Below, piece by piece: positions 11,237-23,829 of a stretch of DNA of 64,000 bases (position 1 is its first letter; every line of letters starts with the position of its first letter). The translations under genes and the position numbers were made by a program. The notes under the pieces are model-generated. The model ran no database searches. It was not told where the DNA came from and saw only the letters and a program-made list of their open reading frames with translations. This DNA comes from Eledone cirrhosa (Eukaryota), in contig OZ024742.1 in the NCBI GenBank assembly GCA_964016885.1, forward strand, positions 39,060,001 through 39,124,000. The letters run 5' to 3'.

Positions 11237-14200
11237 ATGGCTATGCTAAGAGTAGGCTGTTTAAATGCGCGTGGCCTGGGCTCAACTTGGAAGCAAGCAA
11301 TGCTTCTAAATGACCTCAGGTCACAACGTATAGATGTGATGGTTATTTGCGAGGCCCGGATCAGCAACGTGCGACAGCTGGCCCCCACCTTTGATGACTT
11401 TGAGATGCACGCATCTCTCTGTCAGCCTGGAGGTGGGGGTGGAGTTGTCGTTCTGCTGCAAAAACATCTGGGTCTCGCAACACAGATGGTACATTTGGAC
11501 CCGGAGGGTCGACTAGTGGTTCTGGACCTTGGCAGTGGTAAAGGCGGAGCGTTTAGGTTGGTAGCCGCCTACGGCCCTTTCGGGTCAATGCGGCCGGACT
11601 TCTTCCATCGTCTGGAGACTTTTCTAGGGACGTCCCGCTCCTTGCTATTAGTGGGGGACTGGAATGGTATCCTAGATGCACGTTGGGACTACGTAGGGGC
11701 CTGCCCCGATAGAGAGGGGTGTAATAGCCTCAAAGGGTTAATCGGTCGATTTGACCTGGCCGATAGATATCGACTAGATTTTCCGACTGCGCCAACCTGG
11801 ACTTGGGCAAATCGTAGCGGATCATCTAGGTCGTACCTAGATAGGTTCTTAGTTAGAATTAAGGATAAGGAATTTTTAAGTTGTCCAAAAATGCGCATTG
11901 TTGGCTATTCAGACCACAAATTAGTGACCTGCATGGTCAACCTTGACAGAACTCATAGACAGGGCCCCGGTTACTGGAAGCTCAACTTGTCCTTGCCGGC
12001 AAGTAGAGCCTACAGGAATCGGATTAGTACGTTAGTTAAGGAACGGTTGACTGGAGCGATCGTCAACAGCAGGTGGTGGGTATCTCTAAAGAGAGAGATT
12101 AGAGTAGTCTCGATAGAATTTAGTAAGGTTCTAGCTGCGGATAGGAATAGGAAGGAAAGGGAGCTAATAGATAGAGTAGAAGAGGCAATTAGAAGCGGCG
12201 ACGTGGCCAGAGTGCTAGCGTCGAGAACGGCTTTGAGCCAGTTTTTCGACGCGAAGCACGAAGGCTGCGTTGTCCGAAGTAAAATACGTGCTCTAGGGAA
12301 CGAGGGGACCAAAGCTGTTAGCTGGGCCCGCGTGACAGAGGCCAACAGTGGAACTAAATCCACCATCCGGTCTTTGCGAGACCTGGATGGACGGGCGATT
12401 CTTGAGCCTAAGCAGATGTGTGAGGCCTTTCAAAGGCACTTTGCCCGACTGTTCGGGAGGGGCGGGGAGCCGGTTGGGAACGTGGACTTCGGTCCATACC
12501 TCGACGGCCTGCCGCGCCTCTCGGACAGGGAGGCGAAGTCCTGCGAGGAGCCGATTTCGGCCGCTGAGATAGAGGACGTGCTGAGCCAATGCGGCAAACG
12601 CAAATCCCCGGGTCTCGATGGTCTTCCTTACGAATTATATCTAGCTATGCCGGACTTGTTCCCCGATCTCCTCGAGGCGGTCTACTGCAACTGGCAACAG
12701 AACGGGAGAATTCCCTGTACTGTGACCAAGGGCGTAGTCACGCTAGTGAGGAAGGACGAGAACAAGGGGGACGAAATAAGTAACTTCAGGCCCATAACAC
12801 TGCTAAATACAGAGTTACAGATTTTGGCCAAGGTGCTAGCAAAGAGGTTGGCGCTTGTCGTGGGCAACCTGGTGGGAGATGCGCAGACATGCGCTATCCC
12901 GTCCAGGTCCATCCATGACAACCTCCACCTCATGCGATACATCATAGAGAGGGTTGGGAACGAACCCGGCTTTGGTGGGGCTCTGATCAACTTGGATCAA
13001 TCTAAGGCGTTCGATAGGGTCGACCATGGTTACCTGGATGCGGTGCTAGCGGCGGCAGGCTTCGGACCCGTTTTCAGGGGCTGGATCACTGCTATGCACA
13101 GCAGCCGCATCTGCTCTAGGGTCAAGGTGAACGGCTACCTCTCGGAGCCGTTCAAAATCGCGCGGTCCATCCGACAAGGGTGCCCTCTCTCCTCCCTTCT
13201 GTATGTATTGACTCTCGAGCCACTACTGCGGAAGTTGGAGTTGTTGCAGGGCATCCCTTTGGAACCGGGATTGCGGAAAGCGGTGTCGGCCTACGCCGAT
13301 GACGTGACAGTAATGGTGTCGACGGCCTCCGAAATCGAGGCGGTCGGCACCTTACTGGAGGAGTACGAAAAGTTCACAGGGGCTAAGCTGAACCGGGACA
13401 AGTCGATCGGTTTGCAACTCGGCACGTGGAGGGGCAGACCGATGCCCTCCGATAGCGTCGTCGGACGCTGGACGGAGGGCCCGGTGAAGTTGCTCGGGGT
13501 CTGGTTCGGACCGGACCTCCAGGTGGAGAAAAACTGGGCGGAGGTTACGAACAGAGTGTTTGCACTGACCCAGAAGTGGGCCAGTTGCAAACTATCCCTG
13601 AAAGGTCGGGCGGAGGTGGCGAACACCTACATAGCGTCCGTCATCTACTACCGCCTGACCGTAGTGCCCTGCCCAAGGGAAACCCTCACCAAGATGGAGC
13701 GCGCGCTCTTCCAATTCCTTTGGAAGAGGCGGGCTCCTATGGTGAGGAGATCCATCTGCTGTCAACACCCTTCGAAAGGAGGGCTGGGGATGCCGTGGCT
13801 AATGATGCGTAAACACGCATTAAGGCTACGGCACCTCTACGTATTCCTCACCGGACAACCGGTGTGGGCCTCGTTTGTGAGACGAACCTTTCCCAGACTC
13901 GTCTCACTCACCGAGCTGCAATCCTGGGTCAAGCAAAGACCGAGAAAACTGGGCGCCTGGCACACTGAGTGTGCCCAGGCGCTCACCGCCCTCTGGCAGG
14001 CGGATCCGGTTATCAGTGGAGACTCCACCGCAACATTCTATAGAGGGCTGGTACGCAGCAGGTGCGACGACGCCCTCGGAGAAGCCCTAGACATGGAGGA
14101 GGACGAACTGGCCAGCCTTTTCGGTAGGACATTTAGCCCGGGACCTATGGACAACTTCCAGAAGTCCCTGGCCTGGCAGTGCTACCGAGGGGCTTTACCC

Positions 14201-14674
14201 GTTCGAGAAAGGCTCTACAGACACGGGCGCCCGGGTAGGGACCCCGCCAAAAAGATCTGTCCCAGATGCGTGTGCGACGAGGAAACCGTTGCACACGCAT
14301 TAGTACACTGCTCGGGCGTAGCCGATCTGTGGGGCTATGTCGAACAACTGCTGTCAAGGGTGGGACCGATCCGGTTGACCACCGAGTCTATTGTAATGAT
14401 CAAGCCGCCTCCCCCCTTCAAAGATGAAGCAGAGGCGGTGTTTCTGTGCGTAATAGCCATGGCGAAAGAGGTTGTATGGTGGACGCGTCTGAAAGGACTG
14501 AGGTCGGGCACCTTTCTCTCTGGCCAACAACTGGTCCGTTTCTTCCGATATCATTTCGGAAGAAGGATCAGGATGGAGAGAGAGGTGCTGCACCCCAGCC
14601 GTTTCTATGAAAGATGGGTGAAAGTGGCGAGAATGGCCCGTGTGAATGGGCCTTCACTCTACATCAGACTATAG
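11237..14674 (+). CDS. Tx1/L1-type ORF2p: apurinic endonuclease + reverse transcriptase + C-terminal zinc finger
   Basis: CLNARGL, GDWN, SYLDRF, SDH (APE); PGYWKLN; KSPGLDG, FRPITLLN, LDQSKAFDRVDH, RQGCPLS, YADD (RT); CPRC..ETVAHALVHC. No stops. First ATG at 11237; the frame is open from 11213. Confidence 0.95.
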   Translation: MAMLRVGCLNARGLGSTWKQAMLLNDLRSQRIDVMVICEARISNVRQLAPTFDDFEMHASLCQPGGGGGVVVLLQKHLGLATQMVHLDPEGRLVVLDLGSGKGGAFRLVAAYGPFGSMRPDFFHRLETFLGTSRSLLLVGDWNGILDARWDYVGACPDREGCNSLKGLIGRFDLADRYRLDFPTAPTWTWANRSGSSRSYLDRFLVRIKDKEFLSCPKMRIVGYSDHKLVTCMVNLDRTHRQGPGYWKLNLSLPASRAYRNRISTLVKERLTGAIVNSRWWVSLKREIRVVSIEFSKVLAADRNRKERELIDRVEEAIRSGDVARVLASRTALSQFFDAKHEGCVVRSKIRALGNEGTKAVSWARVTEANSGTKSTIRSLRDLDGRAILEPKQMCEAFQRHFARLFGRGGEPVGNVDFGPYLDGLPRLSDREAKSCEEPISAAEIEDVLSQCGKRKSPGLDGLPYELYLAMPDLFPDLLEAVYCNWQQNGRIPCTVTKGVVTLVRKDENKGDEISNFRPITLLNTELQILAKVLAKRLALVVGNLVGDAQTCAIPSRSIHDNLHLMRYIIERVGNEPGFGGALINLDQSKAFDRVDHGYLDAVLAAAGFGPVFRGWITAMHSSRICSRVKVNGYLSEPFKIARSIRQGCPLSSLLYVLTLEPLLRKLELLQGIPLEPGLRKAVSAYADDVTVMVSTASEIEAVGTLLEEYEKFTGAKLNRDKSIGLQLGTWRGRPMPSDSVVGRWTEGPVKLLGVWFGPDLQVEKNWAEVTNRVFALTQKWASCKLSLKGRAEVANTYIASVIYYRLTVVPCPRETLTKMERALFQFLWKRRAPMVRRSICCQHPSKGGLGMPWLMMRKHALRLRHLYVFLTGQPVWASFVRRTFPRLVSLTELQSWVKQRPRKLGAWHTECAQALTALWQADPVISGDSTATFYRGLVRSRCDDALGEALDMEEDELASLFGRTFSPGPMDNFQKSLAWQCYRGALPVRERLYRHGRPGRDPAKKICPRCVCDEETVAHALVHCSGVADLWGYVEQLLSRVGPIRLTTESIVMIKPPPPFKDEAEAVFLCVIAMAKEVVWWTRLKGLRSGTFLSGQQLVRFFRYHFGRRIRMEREVLHPSRFYERWVKVARMARVNGPSLYIRL

Positions 14675-14937
14675 GTGAGGAAGATGAAAGACCAAGGGAG
14701 CACCCCTTCTCTGTGCTCCTGAGGAGAAGGGTTGCACACTTTTTTCGGGGGTGTGTGCGACCCCCCAAGGCGCCTCCTCTCTATTGAGGATTTTGTTAAA
14801 AATTTTATTTTTTGTTATATCTTATTTTATTTTTATATTTTGTTATTGCCTTCTCCTTATTGAGGACGCCTTTTTGTGTAAACTCCCCCCTTTGTACTTG
14901 TCCCACTTTTGATGCCCTAGTGGCAAATAAAAGAAAT

Positions 14938-14938
14938 A

Positions 14939-14988
<50 letters not shown>
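14938..14988. repeat. (TATC)n between the two Tx1 copies
   Basis: Direct reading. Confidence 0.97.
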
Positions 14989-14989
<1 letters not shown>

Positions 14990-15202
14990 TATACGTGTGT
15001 AACTTCGCGGAGAAGTTTCCGTTATTTTATGTAAGAAAAAAACGTGAGTTAAATTTTATATTATTGTGTAACTTGACCCCCCGTCTGGACCTTCAGGTGG
15101 TGGGTCAACTCATTTTCGCCCCTACAGGGGCGAAATATTCGTTTGAAAAATTTATTCTCCATCGAATTTTGGAAAAAATATCGTAAGAAGTTTGATTACG
15201 TT

Positions 15203-16997
15203 ATGAACGCTGCGTTTGGCGATAATGGTGGTGGAGAGTCGGTAAGACTACATAGCTCGCAGTCAACATCGTCTTCTTCCCTAGATACTATGGAGATGGA
15301 AAGACGAAATGAAATTGTAAAAACAAATTCATATCCAAACAACACAAATGACACCACACAGTACAATGACAACAAAAATAACAACAACAACACCAATAAT
15401 GATGATAAAAACAACAATGACAACAACAACAAAGAAAAAAATAAAGACAACACCAATAATACCAGCATCAAAGACAACAACAACAACAACACCAACACCA
15501 ACACCAAGGAAAATACGAATAATATCAACATCAGTGACAACAAGAATAACAACAAGAATAACAACAATAATGACAACACCACCAACACGGATAATTCCAC
15601 AAAGAAACCAAAAATCTCATTTGCACAGACAGTTAAAAAAAAGGAGGAACTGACATATCTCGACATAACAAATGCCGAACAACTTTTAAAGGACGCTAGG
15701 AGATATGTCACTTTCGAAAAAAATGGTGCTTTCAGCATCAATTCTCCGGTAGAAATTCGCAAGGAAACTGCTCTCAAAACGATAGTTTTTAGGACAGTTT
15801 CCAATTCTACCCGAAAACCAGCCAATTGTCACAGAAAGAAATTGAACTGGTTTTCAAAAATTCAATGAATGATGTTGCATTCATTCAAAGAGGCAAACTT
15901 TTTGGGAGTATTTCGGTACTCATGAAGGATCAATTGACGGCCCAAAATTACTCTGTGTCGCCAATTGTATCCAACCTGTATACCTTTTTCCCTACATACA
16001 TGGGAAAAAGGACACAAAAGATTAAAATCACGAGTGTCACACCAAAGGTGAACATATGGTGGATACTGTGCGGCTTCATCAATTTTGATGAAGACAGAAT
16101 ACTGTCAGTAGGAAAGTTCCCCGGAGATGTATTCAATGGGACTAGCATTGAAGTTCTGGTGCAAATGAGCCCAGAGCGAATAGCTATGATCCCACAACGT
16201 GTACTCCTGGACGGACTCACCTACATAAACTTTTCGGTTGAGGGTAGGCGGCCTTCATGTTACCATTGCTTTAGCAGGGGTCACCTGAGGGCTTCCTGTC
16301 CTAAATTAATGAGTAAAAAAAAGACTCTTCTGCCGACACCCATCAAAACAACACAACCATCAACACCACCACAACAACAACAACAACACCAACACACAAA
16401 AATAACCACAACAAACACAGTCCCACCCAACCCCACTCCACCTAAAACCACTGCAAAATCACATACAGACACAACAGCTCCCCAAGACATACTCCTCCCC
16501 AATCACACAGACGATGCAACAGATGAGGCTATCTCGCCATCACCCAGTGAAGACAAGGGAGAACCCCATCGCTCGAAAAGAAAGAAAAGACATCACAAAA
16601 GCAAAAAACCAGCAAACACTACCACAAACATACAACCACCAACACAAACAACAAAAACATCACAAACAAAACCCCCACTTCTTGAAAACAAAATACCTAC
16701 AACAACACGAAAGCACACACAAGAACTACAGACAAAAACAAGCACAACACAAGAAAATTACACTTACACTTATATAAACACTGAAAACAAAACACTAATG
16801 GAGACCATCACGAACGACCCTTCGGTGAAAACCGAAGAGAAAACTTTCGCCCACTCTATTAAAAATAACAAAAAACTGAACCTAAAACTGATTAGGGTCC
16901 CTATACAAACTTATAGGTCCCTAAAAGAAACATTTGAAAAGGATGTGGGGAATTCCTGCGTGAAACTACTTAACCACGTCCTTCTCAAATGTCCCAC
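15203..16997 (+). pseudogene. Frameshifted ORF1 of Tx1 copy 2
   Basis: ORFs 15143..15868 and 15826..17169 join by a frameshift near 15826. CYHCFSRGHLRASC knuckle present; C-terminus deleted. Confidence 0.85.
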
Positions 16998-17001
16998 AGC
17001 G

Positions 17002-20000
17002 AGCGACAGCTGGCCCCCATCTTCGATGACTTTGAGATCTACGCATCTCTCTGTCAACCGGGGTGTGGGGTGGGGGCGGAGTTGCCGTTTTGCTGCGGAA
17101 ACACCTGGACCTCGTAACACAGACGGTACATCTGCACCCGGAGGGTCGACTGGTGGTCCTAGACGTTGACGGTAGTGAAGGTGGAGCCTTCAGGCTGGTG
17201 GCTGCATATGCCCCATCCGGGACACCGCAGCCAGACTTCTTCAAACGTCTAGAGACTTTTCTGGGAACGTCCTGCTCCTTGCTTTTAGTGGGGGACTGGA
17301 ATGGAATCCTAGATGCACGTTGGGACTATGTGGGAGCATGTCCCGATAAAGGGGGGTGTAACAGCCTCAAACAGTTAATCGACCGATTTGACCTGGCCGA
17401 TAGATATCGACTAGATTTTCCGACTGTACCACTGTGGACGTGGACTAATCTTAGCGGAACATCTAGATCGTACCTAGATAGGGTTCTAGTTAGAAATAAG
17501 GATAGGGACATGTTAAGCTGTCCACAAATGTTCATGGTTGCCTATTCAGATCACAAACTAGTGCCCTGCATGGCCAACCTTGATAGAACCCATAGACAAG
17601 GACCCGGCTACTGGAAGCTGAACTTGTCGTTACCGACAAGCAAAGCCTACAGTAGACGGATTAGCACTTTAGTTAAACAGCACTTGACAGGGCCATTGTC
17701 AACAACAGATGGTGGTACTCTCTCAAGAGGGCAGTTAGATTAGACTCGTTAGTTTTTAGTAAAGAATTAGCGTTAGATAGAAATAGAACCGAGAAGGAAC
17801 TGGTAGATAAAGTAGAAGAGGCAATTAGAAGTGGCAACGTAGCCAGCGTGATAGCAACGAGAACGGCCTTGGACCAGTTCTTCGACGCAAAGCACGAGGG
17901 CTGCGTTGTTAGAAGCAAAATAGTGCTCTGAGAAACGAGGGAGCCAAAGCTGTTAGCTGGGCCCGAGTGACGGAGGCAAAAAGTGGCAACAAGTCCATGA
18001 TTCGGTCTTTGAAGGACCAAAACGGACGCGTGATACGTGAGCCGAAGCAGATGTGTGCGGCCTTTCAGCGGCACTTTGCTCGGCTGTTCGGGCGGGGCGG
18101 CACGCCGGGATGGGCTATGGATTTCGGTCCATAACTCGACGGCCTACCGCAACTCTCGGACAGCGAGGCAAAGTTCTGCGAAAAGCCGATTTCAGCCGCT
18201 GAGATAGGGGACGCGCTGAGCCAATGCGGCAAACGCAAATCTCCAGGTCTCGACGGTCTACCCTACGAATTTTACGTAGCAATGCCGGACTTATTCTCCG
18301 GTCTCCTGGAAGCGGTCTACTGCAACTGGCAACAGACCGGGAGAATTCCCAGTTCTGTAACCGGGGGCGTAGTCACACTAGTCAGGAAGGACGAGAATAA
18401 GGGGGATGACATAGGCAACTTCCGGCCCATAACTCTGCTAAACACAGAGTTACAGATTTTGGCCAAGGTGTTGGCAAAGAGGCTGGCGCTTGTCGTCGAG
18501 AACCTGGTGGGAGAAGCGCAAACATGCGCAATCCCGACCAGGTCCATACACGACAACCTCCACCTCATGCGATACATCATAGAGAGGGTAGGGTGTAAAC
18601 CCGGCTTCGGTGGGGCCCTGATCAACTTGGATCAGTCTAAGGCTTTCGATAGGGTTGACCATCGTTACCTGGATGCTGTGCTCGAGGCGGCAGGCTTCGG
18701 ACCCGTGTTCAGGGGTTGGATTGCTGCAATGCACAACAGCAACATCTGCTCAAGGGTCAAGGTGAACGGCTACCTCTCGGAGCCGTTCCATATTACGCGA
18801 TCCATTCGACAGGGATGCCCTCTCTCCTCCCTTCTGTACGTACTGACTCTCAAGCCACTACTGTGGAAGTTGGATCTATTGCAGGGCATCCCTCTGGAAC
18901 CGGGACTGTGGAAAGCGGCGTCGGCCTACGCCGACGACGTGACAGTAATGGTGTCGAGCGCCTCGCAAATCGAGGAAGTCGGCACCTTACTGAAGGAATA
19001 CGAAAGTTTCACAGGAGCGAAACTGAACCGGGACAAGTCCATCGGTTTGCAACTCGGATCGTGGAGAGGAGGCAAACCGATGCCTTCCGATGGTGTCGTC
19101 GGACGCTAGACGGAAGGACCGGTAAAGCTGCTCGAGGTCTGGTTTGGTCCGGACCTCCAGGTGGAGAAGAACTGGAACGAAGTGACGGCCACGGTGTATG
19201 CACTCACCCAGAAGTTGGCCGAGTGCAAACTATCCTTGAAAGGTCGAGCGGAGGTGGAGAACACTTTTATAGCGTCCGCCATCTACCACCGCTTGACCGT
19301 CGTGCCTTGTCCAGCCAAAACGCTCGCCAAAATGGAGCGCGCGCTCTTCCAATTCCTTTGGAAGAGGCGGGCTCCTTTGGTGAGAAGATCCATCTGCTGC
19401 CAACACCCTTCTAACGGAGGGCTGGGGATGCCGTGGTTGACGATGCGCAATCACGTGCTCAGGCTGCGGAATCTCTACGTATTCCTCACCGGACAACCGG
19501 TGTGGGCCCCGTTCGTGAGGCGAGCCTTCCCACGACTCGTCTCGCTGACCGAGCTGCAGTCCTGGGTCAAGCAAAGACCGAGGAAAATGGGCGACTGGCA
19601 CATCGAATGTGCTCAGGCGCTCACAGCCCTCTGGCAGGCGGACCCGGCGATCAGTGGAGACTCCACTTCGTCATTCTATAGAGGGTTGATCCGCAGCAAG
19701 TGCGACGACGCGCCGGTGAAACTCTAGGCGTAGAGGAAGATGAACTGGCCAGTCTGTTCGGTAGGACCTTCCGCCCGGGACCGATAGACAACTTCCAAAA
19801 GTCCCTGGCCTGGCAGTGCTACCGAGGAGCTCTACCAGTTCGAGACAAACTCTACAGACATGGGCGCCCGGGCAGGGACCCTGCAAAAAAGATCTGTCCG
19901 AGGTGCGTGCGTAACGAAGAAACCGTCGCGCACGCATTCATACACTGCCCGGGCGTCACTGACCTGTGGGGCTATGTAGAACGACTATTGTCGCGGGTGG

Positions 20001-20311
20001 GACCAATCCGGTTGACCACCGAGTCCATTGTCATGATCAAACCGCCACCCTCCTTCAAAAACGAAGGAGAAGCGGTTTTCCTTTGTGTGATAGCTATGGC
20101 GAAAGAGTTTGTATGGTGGACAAGGTTGAAAGGGCTGAGGTCAGACACCTTTCTCTCCGGCCAACAACTGATTCCTTTTTTCAAATACCACTTTGGAAGA
20201 AGAATCAGGATGGAGGGAGAGGTGCTGTACCCCAGCAAGTTTTATGAAAGGTGGGTGAAAGTGGCGAGAATGGCCCGAGTGAATGGGCCTTCTCTCTATA
20301 TCAGCTTGTAG
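17002..20311 (+). pseudogene. Disrupted ORF2 of Tx1 copy 2
   Basis: Fragments 17063..17743, 18282..19109, 19161..19727 and 19700..20311 align to copy 1 ORF2 with stops and frameshifts. The APE N-terminus is missing. Confidence 0.92.
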
Positions 20312-20736
20312 GTTGAGGAAAAGGAGGAGGAGAGGAAAGGAGCACAAACTCTTCGTACTCCTGGAGATGAGGGTTGCACATTTTTTCGGGGGTATGTGTT
20401 ACCCATATGAACTGTCTCCCCTATTGGGGAAAATCGACTAATTTTTTAAATTGCATTTGTGATAACATTTTACACGTTTTTATTGTATGTAAACTTCCCC
20501 TTTGTATTTGTCCCCTTCTTTTGTGCCCCTGTGGCTAATAAAGAAACATATCTATCTATTTATTTATCTATTAATTTATCTATTTATCTATCTATCGGTT
20601 TCAGTCAAAAGAAATCCCAAGTTCTAGTCCCGTAGAAGCCATTTCTATATTAAACTTTATGTTTACACTCTACTAATGTATTAAGTACCTTACTTACTGT
20701 CGTTACCCCCGTTGAACACAGGGACCCCCCATCCCC

Positions 20737-20845
<109 letters not shown>

Positions 20846-21179
20846 AGAATCAAAGCTATGTTCAAAGCATTTATTCACTTACAATTGTTTCATCCAAACA
20901 TAGGCTTAGAATCTTCGGAGCATTTTTCAATGTTTGTACACATAATTGACCTCCTTTCCAACGCAAGAGACATACAGATACATATATATATATTGATGTA
21001 CAGTGGAGTGACAGATATTATACTATACTATTTTTGTACAGCAATTCAAATTCAAAATCAAAATCAAAATCAAAATTCGGTAATAAAGTAGTAATAAAGT
21101 ACTGACCTTCACTGTTTAGGGTTTAAAATATACATAACTATAAAAAGTTTAAATATATACATAACCATAAATAGTATCC

Positions 21180-21265
<86 letters not shown>

Positions 21266-21505
21266 GTATAGAGAGAGAGAGGAGAAAGAAAGAGATCGCT
21301 ACATAGATGTTATTTTCATTGTCTGAAGAGAGAAGGATATAGTTCGTTACACCACTGACCATTTCATCAACACTATGTGTGTGTGAGATGGGTGGGGGAT
21401 AATATCAAAGCACAGTCATGCTCAAATTGTATGTATGAGTGTGTGTTTGTTTGTGAGTGGAGTGTGTACGTATGTATGTGTGTGTGTGTGTCTGAGTGTG
21501 TGTGA

Positions 21506-21567
<62 letters not shown>

Positions 21568-21849
21568 ATGTGTGTGTTTGTAAGAATATTCCTTGGACCT
21601 ATACACTGATCAGGGTTGTGGTTGTACTGCAAGGGAACCATTACATAATCTAAACCCTTACTGCAAGGTTTGCTTTTCAGCTCGTACTTCCTGTCAGGTA
21701 AGTGTTTCATTGTAGCACTTCCTGTCTGCGTGTGGTGGATTCACCGGATGTAAACGTTACTATTGGAAACGCACTGTCAACCAGTGGCTTCATCAGAGAA
21801 AACAAGTCTAATTCAATGAATGTCATATACTATATAATATATATCACAT

Positions 21850-21859
21850 TGCAGCTGCT

Positions 21860-21903
<44 letters not shown>

Positions 21904-21923
21904 CGACGACGACGACGACGATC

Positions 21924-21969
<46 letters not shown>

Positions 21970-22112
21970 CGATGGCAATGATAATGATGATGATGAGGAA
22001 AATGGTGACGACTGTGACGCTGACGGTGATGATGATGATGATGATGGTGATGGTTGTAGTGGTGGTGGTGGTGGTGGTGGTGATGGTGGTGTGGTGGTGG
22101 TGGTGATAGTGA
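21850..22112. repeat. Compound trinucleotide tract (CTG/ATG/ACG/GTG)n
   Basis: Direct reading. Confidence 0.95.
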
Positions 22113-22417
22113 TAATTCATGTCGTCCAACATTTGAAAGCTTCCTCCATTTTTTAGACTAACATTAGCAGGAAATATAGTAAACCCCTCTGACATCTAAG
22201 GGGACATCCGATACCATCTTCCTTGGTGTAACTCTTCTCATCGTTTGTATAATCAATGTCCGCTGTTGCTTCACTCGAGGTCCACACTGAAGTTGTACAA
22301 GTAGAGAATACTGAGAACAACATGCTCTGCCGTGCCGTGGACCATTAACCCATGGCGGTTCCTCTGCAGATCAAAACACATTCAATTTCCTCCACATAAT
22401 GAGAAAGAAGGAAGGAA

Positions 22418-22483
<66 letters not shown>

Positions 22484-22574
22484 CGAAGGGAATGTGGTAA
22501 GGAACCAGATGGACCATAACGCACCAAAGTACTCACTACTTAGGGTAGTAGAGTGGGTAATAGGAACAAGTAGG

Positions 22575-22669
22575 ACCCGACGGCTGAGCTCAAGCCGTTT
22601 CGACGGCTAATTCTGGACTAAATAAAAATGTTTAGCCTGGTAAGTGAATAGCCGAACTTCTCAGGGGGT
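22575..22669 (-). ncRNA. Hammerhead-like motif of the Penelope element (variant core)
   Basis: acccc-CTGAGAAG-ttcggcta..(long loop)..tagccgtc-GAAA-CGGC ttgagctca GCCG-TC-gggt. The core deviates from CTGANGA. Confidence 0.55.
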
Positions 22670-23829
22670 AATTCCATATATGGTAAAAGTGATTGTCACA
22701 AGGATTGGTCAAAAGTTTGTTGTTAAGAAATATGATTCTATTATGGCATTTTGTGGAAGGTAGGGGTAGCTGGACTTGCCAGTAGAAAAAAGAGGGAGAG
22801 GGAGTGGAGGAAACCCAGTCAAGCGTTGAAAGTGAAAAATACAGCAGATTCTAAGGATAGTGTATAGAAGGTCGAAAAAAGTATACTAGAGAAGGGAAGG
22901 GAGGGGAGGGAGTTGAAACAATAAGTAAACAAGAAAGTCATTATAAAAATGAGGAAATATATAAAAAAATATATAAAAAAATATATAAAAACAATTTCTG
23001 GTTACTACTCCCTTTCCACAATCATCAAATCTCTCACTGGTACTGCTAAGCTATAGAAAAGTTTAATAGGTAGGAAGGAATACTAAATAGGAGATTGTAT
23101 TGAAAGAATTTTATGAGGCCATCATTACAGGCGGTCTACCACCACGACGATAGTTAGTAGTAATCAGCCAATGCTATCTTACAATGACAGGTTAATAAGT
23201 TGAGGACCAACATACTAAAAAAACTAATACGAAATATTAATTCAGATTCCCGAAACTAATACGAAATATTAATTCAGAATCCCGAAACATGAATACTAAT
23301 ACAATATATATAAAAGTACTGCTACAATACATAAATTCTAATACAATCTACAGAAATACTCGTACAATATATATGAAAAACTAATACGAAATATTAATTC
23401 AGAATCCCCCAAAAAGATAAATACTAATATACAAGAAACTAAAGCAGAAATACCACTAAGAAATCTAGAAGTCACGGAAAAGGGGCAGCAACCAGAGAAG
23501 AAAGCAAGTATCTGGGGTCCAGCACATCTTCTATAAAAAGTGGAATCGGCCAATTCTATCATAAAATAAGTGGTGGGTGGGGATACTGAGGCTACAGAGG
23601 ACCGAAGGGCTGCATCGGGGTGGGCGAGAAGGTGAAAAGAACGACGACAAAGAAGGAGATCTGGGGTGGAAGGACTAGGAAGGGATGGGGGGGGGATAGG
23701 AAATATAGAGGAAACGATAAAAAATATGTAAAAAAGAATATATAAAAAAGTTACGTCTACCTTTGTCGGCAAGTGGGGTGTTTCAGCCCTTGTCTACCCC
23801 CCCCCCGGGTCATTATGGGGTTTGAGGGC

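Larger units (their letters stand above)
9222..14937 (+). mobile_element. Full-length Tx1/L1-clade non-LTR retrotransposon, copy 1, apparently intact
   Basis: 5' UTR, ORF1 with CCHC knuckle, ORF2 APE-RT-Zn finger, and a 3' UTR ending aataaaagaaa; (TATC)n on both sides. Confidence 0.93.
14990..20547 (+). mobile_element. Tx1/L1-clade retrotransposon, copy 2 (diverged subfamily, defective)
   Basis: Collinear with copy 1; followed by degenerate (TATC)n at 20548..20596. Confidence 0.92.

Noticed and set aside
21770-21800. Hammerhead at CTGATGA-AGCC..GGTT (- strand)
   Set aside because: Followed by GACA rather than GAAA, with no stem I or III.
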